DNA from: Octopus sinensis | Taxonomy: Eukaryota | Length of the DNA stretch: 64,000 nucleotides | Assembly (NCBI RefSeq): GCF_006345805.1 | Contig: NC_042998.1 | Span: forward strand, 163,928,001-163,992,000 | Direction of reading: 5' to 3' | Shown here: one piece after another, positions 1 through 10,925 of the stretch | Numbering within the stretch: position 1 is the stretch's first letter | Layout: the number at the start of each line of letters is the position of its first letter | Position numbers and translations under genes: made by a program | The notes under the pieces: generated by a model | The model's database searches: none | The model's input: the letters and a program-made list of their open reading frames with translations, nothing else | What the model was told of the DNA's origin: nothing

Positions 1-284
1 CTAAAACCAAAATGATTATTATAAAGAATTTTATTACCATAATTTTCTTGTTTGTGTGCTTTATTTCTCTTGTTGTGTAACCCCAGGTTGTGATTCAACA
101 GACCTACGATATATAAGCAGTTCTCTAAAGACTAGCCTCGTGTGACCCATAGATATATATGTAATATATATATATAATATATATATGGTTCCAGATATAA
201 CTTTCTTGTACCTAACCATCTACAATTGGTTAGTAGGAGAGTATCCACATAGAGGTGTTTGATAGCATTTTGGCGTTCATTGTT

Positions 285-502
285 ATTGGTTTCAAATTTT
301 GGCAGAAGGCCAGAGATTTGAGGGCAGGAAGTAAGTTGATTACATCGACCCCACTGATCAACTGGTACTTAATTTATCAACCCCCAAAAGGATGAAAGAC
401 AAAGTCGACCATGGCGGAATTTGAACTCAGAATGTAAAGACGGACTAAATGCTGCTAAGCATTTTGCCCAGCATGCTAATGATTCTGTTAGCTTGCTGCC
501 TT
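285..502 (-). mobile_element. tRNA-derived SINE family 1 (short form); first of three tandem copies
   Basis: Reverse complement gives the family-1 head (AAGGCAGCAAGCTAACAGAATC...GAGTTCAAATTCC B box) and body CTTTCATCCTTT...GTACCAGTT; homologous to 15246-15463. Confidence 0.85.
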
Positions 503-584
503 TCTAATGACTGATAATAATATTAATAATTGTTTCTTTATTTATATTTTATCTATATATATATAATAAAATAATAGTAATCCT

Positions 585-786
585 TTCTACTACAGGTAAA
601 AGGCCTGAAATTTGGGGGAGGGGGCTAGTTGATTATGTCAGCCTCAGTGCTCAACTGGTACTTATTTCATCGAATCCAAAAGGATGAAAGGCAATATTGA
701 CTTTGGTGGAATTTGAACTCAAAATAGAGGAAATGCCACTAAGCATTTTGCCTGGCATGCTAACAATTCTGGCAGCTCACCGCCTT
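585..786 (-). mobile_element. tRNA-derived SINE family 1 (short form); second tandem copy
   Basis: Same head and body as 285-502, followed by the same AT-rich spacer (TTTCTAATGA.TGATAAT...). Confidence 0.85.
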
Positions 787-836
787 TCTAATGAGTGATA
801 ATATTATTAATTGTTTTTTTGTTTATATTTTATATA

Positions 837-1349
837 TCTATATATATAAAACTGTAGTTGTGTGAGTGTCTGTCCCCTTCGATTTAGATTCCTAACTACT
901 CCCACATTTTGCGGTGCAGTGTAACCAAATTCGGGTATCTTATAGTCGTGATTCATATCGAGCCCGTCTGGCTATTAGCGTGCGTCTACGATGAGTCTAC
1001 GATTTTAAAAATAATTTAACATTATTTTTTATTCCATTTTAATGCATAATTTTTCGTGTGTCGATGGCGGCGGAGTTGGCGTCCATGGTCACACCTGCAC
1101 CTGTTTGCTTCTCTCCCTTCTTCCCTCCCTCGTGAAGCTGTGGGGAAGGGAGTGTAAGGAAATCAACGTCGTAAAGCGTTGTCAAGGAGACCAGCGTTCT
1201 TTTAGAACAACGACTTAATGGCTTGAAGACACCAAAACAGAAATGGCTAAGAAAGCCCGAATTGGCATCTATAAGGGAAGTAACTCTCTAAAAATGCTTA
1301 TATAGTTATTTCCCTTACAAACCCGAGCAACGCCGGGTGATACTGCTAG
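837..1349 (+). mobile_element. Non-autonomous Helitron (HelitronN)
   Basis: 5' TC at 837, 3' hairpin ACCCG-AGCAACGC-CGGGT (1321-1338) and terminal CTAG (1346-1349). It sits between A and T, has no TSD and no ORF. Confidence 0.8.
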
Positions 1350-1389
1350 TTTATTTATATAACAATAGTAATAATAAGGAGAACTTTTT

Positions 1390-1525
1390 ATACTATAGGC
1401 ACATGACTTGAAATTTTGTGGAAGCAGGCTAATTGTCACATTGACCCCAGTGTTCAACTGTTAATTATTTTATTGACCCCGAAAGGATGAAAAGCAAAGT
1501 CGACCTTGGTGGTGTCTAAACCCAG
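1390..1525 (-). mobile_element. SINE family 1, partial third tandem copy
   Basis: GACCCCGAAAGGATGAAAAGCAAAGTCGACC body motif. Confidence 0.7.
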
Positions 1526-1562
1526 AATATCAAATTGGAAGTAATGCTGAAAAGCATTATAC

Positions 1563-1698
1563 CATCAGAATTATCCTTATCAACTTCATCATTGTTTTGG
1601 ATAGCATTTGACAAGTCATAAAGCCAGTATTCCCTGAGAAAGTCTAGCCAGTTAATCAATTCAATGAATCCTAACATATTACTGGTACTCATTATTCC
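1563..1698 (-). CDS. Candidate internal coding exon of an unidentified host gene (GIMSTSNMLGFIELINWLDFLREYWLYDLSNAIQNNDEVDKDNSD)
   Basis: Minus strand: pyrimidine-rich acceptor TTTTCTTTTATATTATCTCTCAG, 136 nt open in one frame only, then donor GATG|GTATAA. Non-repetitive sequence. No family recognised; an alternative internal acceptor (GACTTTCTCAG) also exists. Confidence 0.3.
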
Positions 1699-2383
1699 CT
1701 GAGAGATAATATAAAAGAAAATAGTCAAACCCTGGAGTATTTGAACTCTGTAATCTGATACAACTAATAAGATACAAGAAAACCACATTAGTGTTTTGTA
1801 GGATGTTATAGAGCACTTGTCCATTTCTATAAGGAACATTAACCTAGTGACCTAATAAGAAGTACAAGTATATGCTCTGAAAATATACTATCCAAAATAA
1901 GAAAGTGGGTGGCTTGGGACTAGGGGTGCAAGTGCACCTCCTAAAGGTTTTGGTGGGTGCATAATGAAAATTTGCTCCCGTACTGATTTTTCTCAGGTTT
2001 GAAAACAGAGCATAAAAATTGATCTGTAAGAAGTAGCTCAAAGATAGGTTTCTTCTCAAAGAACAAAGAACAAAACTAATTAAAATAAAACATAAAACCT
2101 TGTTTGTAAAAGATTTTGGACCTGAGCTTGCATCCACTAAATAAATTTCATTCCTAAGTCAGTGGTGAGTGGATAACCAAGTGCTTCTCTATTTCTGTCT
2201 CTCATATCTTTTTTCTATTCATCCAACCATTTGAAGATTTTTCAATTTCCAATGGAGTGTTTTTAAATTTTTTACATTGATGTGTTTTGCATGCTGATGA
2301 CGAAAATTATATTCACTTTTGTTTTTGAAAAATTGATAATAAAGAAGTTAGAAGCATTTAATGTTATGTAATTTTTGCCAATA

Positions 2384-2782
2384 GGTGCAGGAGTGGCTGT
2401 GTGGTAAGTGGTTTGCTTACCAACCAAATGGTTCCGGGTTCAGTCCCACTACGTGGCACATTGGGCAAGTGTCTTCTACTATAGCCTCAGGCCGACCAAA
2501 GCCTTGTGAGTGGATTTGGTATATGGAAACTGAAAGAAGCCCATCGTATATATGTATATATATATATATATATGTGTGTATGTTTGTGTGTCTGTGTTTG
2601 TCCCCCCAACATCACTTGACAACTGATGCTGGTGTGTTTACATCCCCGTAACTTAGCGGTTTGGCAAGAGAGACTGATAGAATAAGTACTAGGCTTACAA
2701 AGAATAATTCGTGGGATCGATTTGCGTGACTGAAGGCGGTGCTCCAGCATGGCCGCAGTCAAATGACTGAAACAAGTAAAAG
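2384..2782 (+). mobile_element. tRNA-derived SINE family 2 with internal (TA)/(TG) microsatellite
   Basis: A box TGGCTGTGTGGTA, B box GGTTCAGTCCC, central GGCACATTGGGCAAGTGTCTT and 3' GCTCCAGCATGGCCGCAGTC...GAAACAAGTAAAA; more than 15 copies in the window. Confidence 0.9.
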
Positions 2783-3699
2783 TGTAAAATAGTGTCTTTC
2801 TTCACAGTGGATTTGTCATGGCAATATTGTCTTCCCATTATGCTATGTGAAAGAATTGACAGCTACTAAGTTTTTGTAAGGAAGAGTTAGGGGTTAGACT
2901 ATAAGAAGTTATTCTTATAGACTATAAAAATTATTTACAGGAAATCTATGCAGGAGCTTTGCTCCACATTCTAATTATGATTTGTGGTTTTGGCAGAATT
3001 GCTTAAATGGACAAAACTGTATTTTTGAGGAGAAAATACAACCGGGGTCGAATGTTACTTGAACTTATGTAAGTACAATGCCATTAAACTGAAAGAGTTA
3101 TTTAATGAATATGAGGAAGTTGTTTCTGTACTTTGATTTTTATGTATTTGCTGTGTGATTTAAGGGCTATTTAGCTGTTATTTTTAGCTGTTATATGATG
3201 ACTAGCTCATACCCTTCTCGTTTATCAGTCTGCCGTATTGATGTTTATCGATATCTTTTCCCTCATACACACATTTAATGGTCTTTTGTTGGGATTTAAG
3301 CCCAAGTTTCGGTATGTCCGTATTTTAAACAGATTTTTAAAAAATTTCGAAAAAATAAAATTTTTTTCTGTAGTCTTGTGAATTCACGTGTGTAGAATAC
3401 AAATTTGCAAAAATTTTCTGAAAATTCCAAAACATAAAAAAACGGTTATGAGGCGTTATTTGCTGTGGATAAAGCAGAATTCCGCCAAAGAAATTTAAAC
3501 GAATTTATCTGACAACCCAATAATTACTACAGACGAAGCGTTAGAGTCAAATTAGGAAACGCAAGGGAAATAATTCCTAACTATTTGTAAGACTTATTTC
3601 CCTTTGCAACTTTTAAAAAATACCTTTAAGTGCAGATCATTTATACTTATGTTCTCTCCCTTGCTAATTAAACGTAACATTTATAATATATTGTAATGA

Positions 3700-3880
3700 A
3701 TGGCTCAATGGTTAGAGTATCTGGCTCGCAATCTGTGAGTTGTGTTCGTGAGCAAGACGCTTTATTTCACGTTGCTCCAGTTCACTCAGCCGTAGAAATG
3801 AGTTGCGACGTCACTGGTACCAAGCTGTATCGGCCTTTGTCTTTCCTTGGATAACACCAGTAACGCGGAGAGGGGAGGCT
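3700..3880 (+). mobile_element. tRNA-derived SINE family 3 variant
   Basis: Head TGGCTCAATGGTTAGAG and central GTGAGCAAGACGCTTTATTTCACGTTGCTCCAGTTCACTCAGC, shared with the reverse complement of 8675-8990. Confidence 0.7.
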
Positions 3881-3919
3881 GTTGTTGTTGTTAAGCAACA
3901 AGACGGGTAAGGGTGATTA

Positions 3920-4380
3920 GGTGATGGTCTAGGGCATAGGGGCAGGAAACCCCAGACCTTGGAAAAAAAAAAAAAACTTTGGTCGTCTTGTTGTAGTCGA
4001 GGGCTCTTCGTTGACGCCCAACACCACTGGGTGGTGGCCCTCGAAGTCGCTGGAAATGGAGATCTCCAGGTTCAAATTCTTGAACGGCGAGAAGGGAGGC
4101 TGGTATGCATGGGCAACTACTGGTCTTCCATTAACAACTTTGCCCGGACTTGTGCCTCGGAGGGGGAAGTTTCTAGGTGCAATCCCATGGTCATTCATGA
4201 CCGAAGGGTATCTTTATTCAATCAATACGATGTCAAAGGTCGTATGATAATTAGGTGCATACAGTCAGTGCTCAGATCCAATTTATGCCTAAACACCAAC
4301 TTCAAATGTAAGGATATGGGAGCTGCCTGAATGAAAATTTGCTACAGGCATTGTAGCGATCAAGCTGGTTCATGCACGTG
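3920..4380 (+). mobile_element. Probable 5' fragment of a non-LTR retrotransposon (RTE-like); unassigned
   Basis: GC-richer non-repetitive island with no recognisable protein motif. The assignment is an impression only. Confidence 0.25.
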
Positions 4381-4391
4381 GTAAGAAGCTT

Positions 4392-4765
4392 GGCGAGCTG
4401 GCAGAATCATTAGCACGCCGGGCGAAATGCTTTGCAGTATTTTGTCTGCCGCTACGTTCTGAGTTCAAATTCCGCCGAGGTTGACTTTGCCTTTCATCCT
4501 TTCGGGGTCGATTAAATAAGTACCAGTTACGCACTGGGGTCGATATAATCGACTTAATCCGTTTGTCTGTCCTTGTTTGTCCCCTCTGTGTTTATCCCCT
4601 TGTGGGTAGTAAAGAAATAGAAATAGGTATTTCGTCTGCCGTTACGTTGTGAGTTCAAATGCCACCGAGGTCGACTTTGCCTCTCACCCTTTCGGGCTCG
4701 ATAAATTAAGTACCAGTTTCGCACTGGGGTTGATGTAATCGATTTAATCCCTCTGTCTGTCCTTG
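4392..4765 (+). mobile_element. SINE family 1 (long form) with duplicated 3' module
   Basis: Head GGCGAGCTGGCAGAATC, B box GAGTTCAAATTCC; module GGTATTTCGTCTGCC...GTCCTTGTTTG occurs twice. Confidence 0.9.
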
Positions 4766-5340
4766 TTTGCCTCCTCTATGTTTAGCCCTTTGTGGATAAT
4801 AAAAAAAAAAGAAGCTTGGTTCCCAACCACATGGTTCCAGGTTCAGTCCCGTTGCGCGGCACTTCGGACAAGTGTCTTCTATTGTAGTTTCCGGATGACC
4901 AAACTCTTGTGGTTCGGCAAAGGAACCAATAGGATGAGAATCAGGTTTAAAAAAAAAAGTACTGGGGTTGATTCAAGCCAGCGCTCCAGCATGGCTGCAG
5001 TCTAATGACTGAAACTTCAATACAGTACTCGTTTAAGAAGAAACCTGGGTGCATCGAGAGGAGAATTCAAAGGTTTGATGCGATGCTCATTATTTCGAAA
5101 GAAATGAGAAGCAGCTTGTAAATCATGTTTATTTAGCTTTCAGCGATGAGATTTTTGTTGGTGAAGAAATAAGCATCATTGTTTTAATAGCAAGTGACAG
5201 CCAAAAGGATTAGCACTTCAGAAGAGGAGAAGTTATTATAGTTGTTTTATTAAGTAAAAGAAAGACAGATAGGACACAGCTCACCAGTGTGATCGTGAAA
5301 CGATTTTGTGGGTAGATTACTCAGGCGAAAGTAGCTAACT

Positions 5341-5500
5341 AGGCGCAGGCGTGGCTGTGTGGTAAGAAGCTTGCTTCCGAACCACGATGTTCTGGGTTCA
5401 ATCTCACTGCATGACACCCTGGGCAAGTATATAGCCTCAGGCCGACCAAAGCCTTGTGAGAGGATTTGATAGACGGAAACTGAAAGAAGCTTGTTGTATA
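5341..5500 (+). mobile_element. SINE family 2, 5' half
   Basis: AGGCGCAGGCGTGGCTGTGTGGTAAGAAGCTTGC head, ending in a microsatellite. Confidence 0.85.
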
Positions 5501-5639
5501 CACACACACACGCGCGCGCGCACACGCACACATAGCGCACGCGCACACGCGCACACGCGCACGCGCACACGCACATAGCGCACACGCACACGCGTACACA
5601 CACACACATACATACATGTGTGTGCGTATGTGTGTGTGA

Positions 5640-5777
5640 ATCAAAACAGTTTGATTTAAACTCCTTGGTACTCTGAGTTTCAAGTCTTCGACCACTGAGA
5701 TTCAAACGCAATGGCCGAAGACTAGAGACACGCTTGAAACTCAGAGTACCAAGGAGTTTGAAACAAACTGTTTTGAT
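5640..5777. repeat. Fold-back element with 45 bp inverted arms
   Basis: 5640-5684 and 5733-5777 are reverse complements with 2 mismatches; 48 nt spacer. Confidence 0.85.
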
Positions 5778-5870
5778 CTATACATGTAACTCCCAATAAA
5801 TGTTTTGAGTGCCCTTCTTTCGTTTGTCAATATATATATGTATATATGTATATATATGTATATATATATA

Positions 5871-5931
<61 letters not shown>

Positions 5932-5943
5932 TACATATATATA

Positions 5944-7680
5944 CTAGCAAATGAACCCGTCCATTGGACGGTGTAATTTATAATGGTGCACTCCGGTGGA
6001 CAGTAAAGTTGAACTAGCCCGCAGTTAGAAGTCGTTCCAGGTTGATAAGCGTAAAATGTATAATTACCATTTTCGTTAGTAGTTTATGATATGGTATTAA
6101 ACAACTAGGTAATAAATAAATTTTTTTGAACACAAATTTGGCACTTAGTAATAAATGAAAGTCCATGAAATGAGATCGCAATCGCAATAAGCATTAGGGA
6201 TCCTATATCGTACTTGAAGCGTTTTGCATCATGTACTTATTTTTCTCGTAATGCCTGACACAACCACATTGAAGCTTTTTTCTCAATGAAAGTCATGTAC
6301 GATGAAGAAAAGCAAACATTTATAGCAAACACACAGACCGAATAATGGCATAACATAAATATACGTCAGAGCATGCTTATGAGCGAACAGCATGCCTGAA
6401 GTAAGAAGGGTCACTGAAGGTAATGTACTGTTAACAGCAATCAAGGAAATGAAGCGAATATCAATGAAATGCTTGCAGGAAGTCTGATTGCTACTGGCTG
6501 CAGTTTGGCGTGGATGTGAAGATTGTAGTAGAGGAATAAATATGGTGGGGCTACTTTGTAGACGACATTTTTGGTTTTACCTTCAGGGGCATAGATGAAT
6601 GAGTTGTCTGGATGTCCAACTCTGGAACAACCGACGTAGAACTGTCCATGTGAAAAGCACGGCGTTCGAAGGTCCAATCCGACAACTTTCAGCGACTGAC
6701 CTTGTGCTTTGTTAATTAATGGCAAAGCTGAGTTTGAGAGGGAACTGAAGTCTCTGCAGTCTGTTGGGTTTAGAGGAATTTTCAGAATGAAAACGGTACA
6801 TAGTTGATTCATCCCAAACAATGGGACATAGTCGATTCATCCCAAACAATGGGACATAGTCGATTCATCCCAAACAATAAGTTGGTACTGCTTCAAAATT
6901 GTCGCTTCGTCCGAAGAATGCAGTATATGACACGTTGGATTTTCTTGATGTGTTACATTGAAAGGCAGTTTGATGGTAATGTGTGCTGTTCGTCCATCGT
7001 CGAGAAAAGTTGAGGCTATTCCTGAAGAGACAACAACTATACCAAGGTCACCATTATCCTGCAACTTCGCAAGAAGATAATCCAGGAGGAATATTTTTCC
7101 AGTTCCACCGGGTGCGTCTAAGAAGATGATTCTGCCAGTGTGTGTAGATGTTTCCGAGGACAAAATTGTATACGTCAGCTTGATCGGAATTCAGAAGGGG
7201 CTCGTTGTTAGCAATGTACTGTCTGTAGATGTTTGTAGATGTTGTAAGATGTTTCTCTGAGAATGAGGCGATTGGAACAGGCATCTTCAATTCTGTTTGG
7301 AGTGTTGAGAGAATAAGTGTTCAATCGTTGACCTCCAATTGCCATACCCAAGTCTTAAAAGAGAAGAAGCCCTCTGTTGTAAATTACGGGGGTAGTGGGA
7401 GTGTCACCGCTACCTGTGATTTGGCGAGTCAGCAGCAAAATGTCATGACACATTGAGTCTTTGCATTTATTCCAGTAAATGTGCGTCTGTCAGTTACAGA
7501 AAACAAGCATTATTGCAAAAAGGTGTCGGAACTTGTGCAGAGAACGACACAGAGAGGCCTCTTCGAGTGCATTATCATATTGATCATCTATATCTAAAAG
7601 TCCCCGTTTGTAGCAGGCATCTTTGAAAGTGCCCCATAATAGAACAGAAGAAATAAAGTCCTACTGCCTTGTTTCATTCA
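5944..7680 (-). mobile_element. Decayed, internally deleted autonomous Helitron (Rep C-terminus plus PIF1-type helicase)
   Basis: Minus-strand peptides TFKDACYKRGLLDIDDQYDNALEEA...FRHLFAIMLVFC, Walker A FLDAPGGTGK, SGIAS..L.DGRTAH, Walker B IVWDES, and C-terminal INKAQGQSLKVVGLDL...FSHGQFYVGCSRV. 3' hairpin CCGTCC-ATT-GGACGG and terminal CTAG at 5944-5947. Confidence 0.92.
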
Positions 7681-8674
7681 TGTATGTCTATCTACTATAC
7701 ACCTACTGGCATGTATTTAAGCGTCCTGACTTAATATTTCGTCACTAGAACTCTCTGAAGAGATTTTTCACGACCTTTCTAAGACAGTTATTATTTCTCG
7801 GTGATGTATAAAGTGACTGCTTGGTTCCTTTATCCGTCCCTGGTCGATTTATATAAGAACCAAAAATTATGTTAACAACTACTGTATATCATGAAGTGAA
7901 ACGAAAATCTGTGTTTGGTTAGTTCAACAGTGGTTGAAGAGACGAATAGTCACCGAAACGTTTAGATGCCTTGCAATGAAACCTGTGGGAAATATTCCAT
8001 ATATCTTTGTGTGGTATATTTTATGTCAAATTTTCCAGTTTGTTCAGTTCACATTGGCATAAATTCTTAGGACCAACCACTTGTCGAGTTGTTGCGCATA
8101 TTGTGCGTCTCTCGACTTTCAAAAATAAGTAACAAATCTTTCTCAGGTCACACCTTACTGTCTGGGAGATATATTTTATACATCCATAAAAAGGAGGGTT
8201 GTGGTTAGAACTGAATGATTAGGACTAAATACCAACGACAACGGAAGTACGTATTCACTCATGGTACCTCACTTATGTAAGCTTTTCACTTCCTATAGAA
8301 CCCAGGCCATCAACAAAGTTTCTCCTATGTTCTCGACACTGGATTGTCTTTTCTGTATCTGTCTAGTGATTCCTGCTTTTTCAATTCGGCTTCATATATT
8401 TCCTCGAAGGAAGGCCTTCCTGTTACAGGTCCATGTTTTGAATTGTCATCTATGTTTCTGTAATGCTGCTTTTTTCAAGGTAGGTGCTTTGGCCATACAC
8501 AAACCCATTTTTACATCTGAAAAGAGATGATCCATATTAGTTTGGCGTCTATCCTTTAACATGTCCTCAATGGGAAGCCATACTTCGAGCTTGCGCTCAT
8601 GTGGCATAGAAGTACAGAAGCCAATGCACCATAACAAGGACTGGGCATTGTGGTAAATTCACTCATGGTATTTA

Positions 8675-8990
8675 AAGCTGGAACTCCGTCGGTTACGACG
8701 ATGAGTGTTCCAGTTGATCCGATCAACGGAACATCCTGCTCGGGAAATTAACGTGCAAGTGGCTGAGCACTGCACAGACACACGTACCCTAATACAATCC
8801 TTATGGAGATTCGCCGTAAGACAGAATGTGACAAGGCTGGCCCTTTGGAGTACAGATACTACTCATTTTTGCCAGCTGAATGGACTGGATCAGCGTGAAA
8901 TAAAGTGTCTTGCTCAAGGACACAACGCGCCGTCGGGGATCGAACTCACGATCGTGAGCCTAATACCCTAGCCACTAAGCCACGCGCCTT
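8675..8990 (-). mobile_element. tRNA-derived SINE family 3
   Basis: Minus-strand head GGCGCGTGGCTTAGTGG...GAGTTCGATCCC and central TGTGTCCTTGAGCAAGACACTT; 3' half shared with 59596-59980. Confidence 0.85.
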
Positions 8991-9149
8991 CATAAGCATG
9001 GTATTAAAATGTAACTCACTAAGCGCTTGATATTGTAGTGTAAACGACCCTTGGTATAATTCTCAGGTTAGATACAGTGTGACACCATGTATGACAAAGT
9101 TGAACCTCCGAATTCCAGCCATTCCGTCCGAATGACTTCTGCACAGTTA

Positions 9150-9944
9150 CCATCAACAATTCCTTAAACAATTCTATTCCCACGGACTCCTTTGGCTCCT
9201 ATTTTACTGGGATGGACCCCTTTCGATGTTAAAAAAAAAAAAGTCTATTTTCGTAATTAAATATTATTAGGAACTGCATAAAGATTGCTAAAATAGCTTG
9301 TGCATTGTAAAAAGTATTGCGTTGTCCGGAAAGTTCGTGCCGATTTATAGTAGCTTACCTTCCAACTTATTTTAGAACATGGTTGAGTCCATAAAATAGG
9401 ATTTGACTACACCTCCATTTAGAGCACAGTTTAAGCTATCTTTTCGTGGAAGAAGGTTTATGTTCCTATAGCCTGTGTTAATTCTGTAACCCTTTAAAAT
9501 GGAAGATAAGAAAGTTCATTTTCGGCACTTGATGCTTTGGGAACCAGACAAAGATTGCTGCAGCTCGGCTGGGATGTGTTACCCCACCCTCCATATTCAC
9601 CAGATATTGCTCCTTCGGATTTCCACTTATTCAGGTCTCTACAGAATAGTCTTAATGGTTAAAATTTTAATTCCTTGGATGACGTAAGAAGATATCTCGA
9701 TGAATTCTTTGCCATGAAACCACCTCAATTTTGGCAAGAGGGTATTTGCAAGTTGAAGAAAAGGTGGAGACGCATTGTGCAACAAAATGGTTCATATTTG
9801 GTTGATTAAAAATGCAATGGCAAGTATTTATTGACCTTTTCCTTTCCTTTAAAAATCGGCATGAACTTTCCGAACAACCCAATAAATTAAATTTATTGCA
9901 GATAAATTTTTATAACAAAATCGGACCCCGGTTTAGAACCACTG
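9150..9944 (+). mobile_element. hAT-type MITE interrupted by a mariner insertion
   Basis: Both flanks of the mariner align to the uninterrupted MITE at 13936-14178; right end GTTTAGAACCACTG (9931-9944). Confidence 0.75.
9317..9882 (+). mobile_element. Internally deleted mariner element
   Basis: About 30 bp TIRs (TTGCGTTGTCCGGAAAGTTCGTGCCGATTT and its right-end counterpart) with TA on both sides. N-terminus MEDKKVHFRHLMLWE is fused to C-terminus LLQLGWDVLPHPPYSPDIAPSDFHLFRSLQN...RWRRIVQQNGSYL. Confidence 0.95.
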
Positions 9945-10504
9945 ATTAACACATTGCCACCCTCAAAATTCAGGTTGAATCGAGAATGTTGTGGAAGACG
10001 CTCAAGATTCCTGCCTTGCATTCGGATTGAACCCAGAATCTCACGACTGTGGCTTCTTTGCAACAAAACCACGCAACCAGATGCTACATCAAAAATTAAG
10101 TTTTGGGTAGTCATACTCTTTCACCGCCCCACAAATAAGAAAAGCCCCTAGTCGACTGCACTTGAAGCCGTTCTCTTACAAATGTAGGTCAAGTAATCTC
10201 TATCGCTTCTTAGTTGAGTTTTCTTCTGCATCTCCTCTCGCCTCTACCCATTTCTCCACCTGTGTCCTAGAACAACCTCTAGCAACAGGAGAAACAGCTC
10301 AAACAATAAATCCCTTACAATACGTGTCTTACTGAAATTTTCCCTGTTTGAAGGAGTGGGAAAGTAGATGGACAGCCAATTTGAAGTTTACGAAATATAA
10401 ATATATCGTGTATGCGCCTGAGCAGGCGATAGATAGATAAACAGATATATAGAGGAATAGTGATATAGACGTATAGATAAAGGAAGGAGAGAAACCTTCA
10501 TGTT

Positions 10505-10718
10505 TTATCTTTTACTCGTTTAAGTCTTGAGACTGCGGTTATGCTGATGCACCACCTTGAATAATCTTTAGTTGAATGAATCGTCCCCAGGACTTATATA
10601 TTTTTAAAGTTTGGTACTTATTCTATCGGTCGCTTTTGTCGAACCGCTTAGTTACTGGGTCATAAACGCACCAACACCGGTTGTCAAATGGTAGTGGGGG
10701 ACAAACATAGAGACAAAG

Positions 10719-10751
<33 letters not shown>

Positions 10752-10925
10752 TATTTTTATACATATACGGCAGGCTTCTTTCAGTTCCGTCTACCAAATC
10801 CACTCACGAGGCTTTGGTCGACCCGAGGCTATAGAAGAAAACACTTGTCCAAGGTGACACAGTGGGACTGAACCCGGAACCGTGTGGTTGTGAAGCAAAC
10901 TTCTCACCACACAGCCACGCCTGTC
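10505..10925 (-). mobile_element. SINE family 2, near full length
   Basis: Reverse complement of the 2384-2782 family; head ends at ACACAGCCACGCC. Confidence 0.9.
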
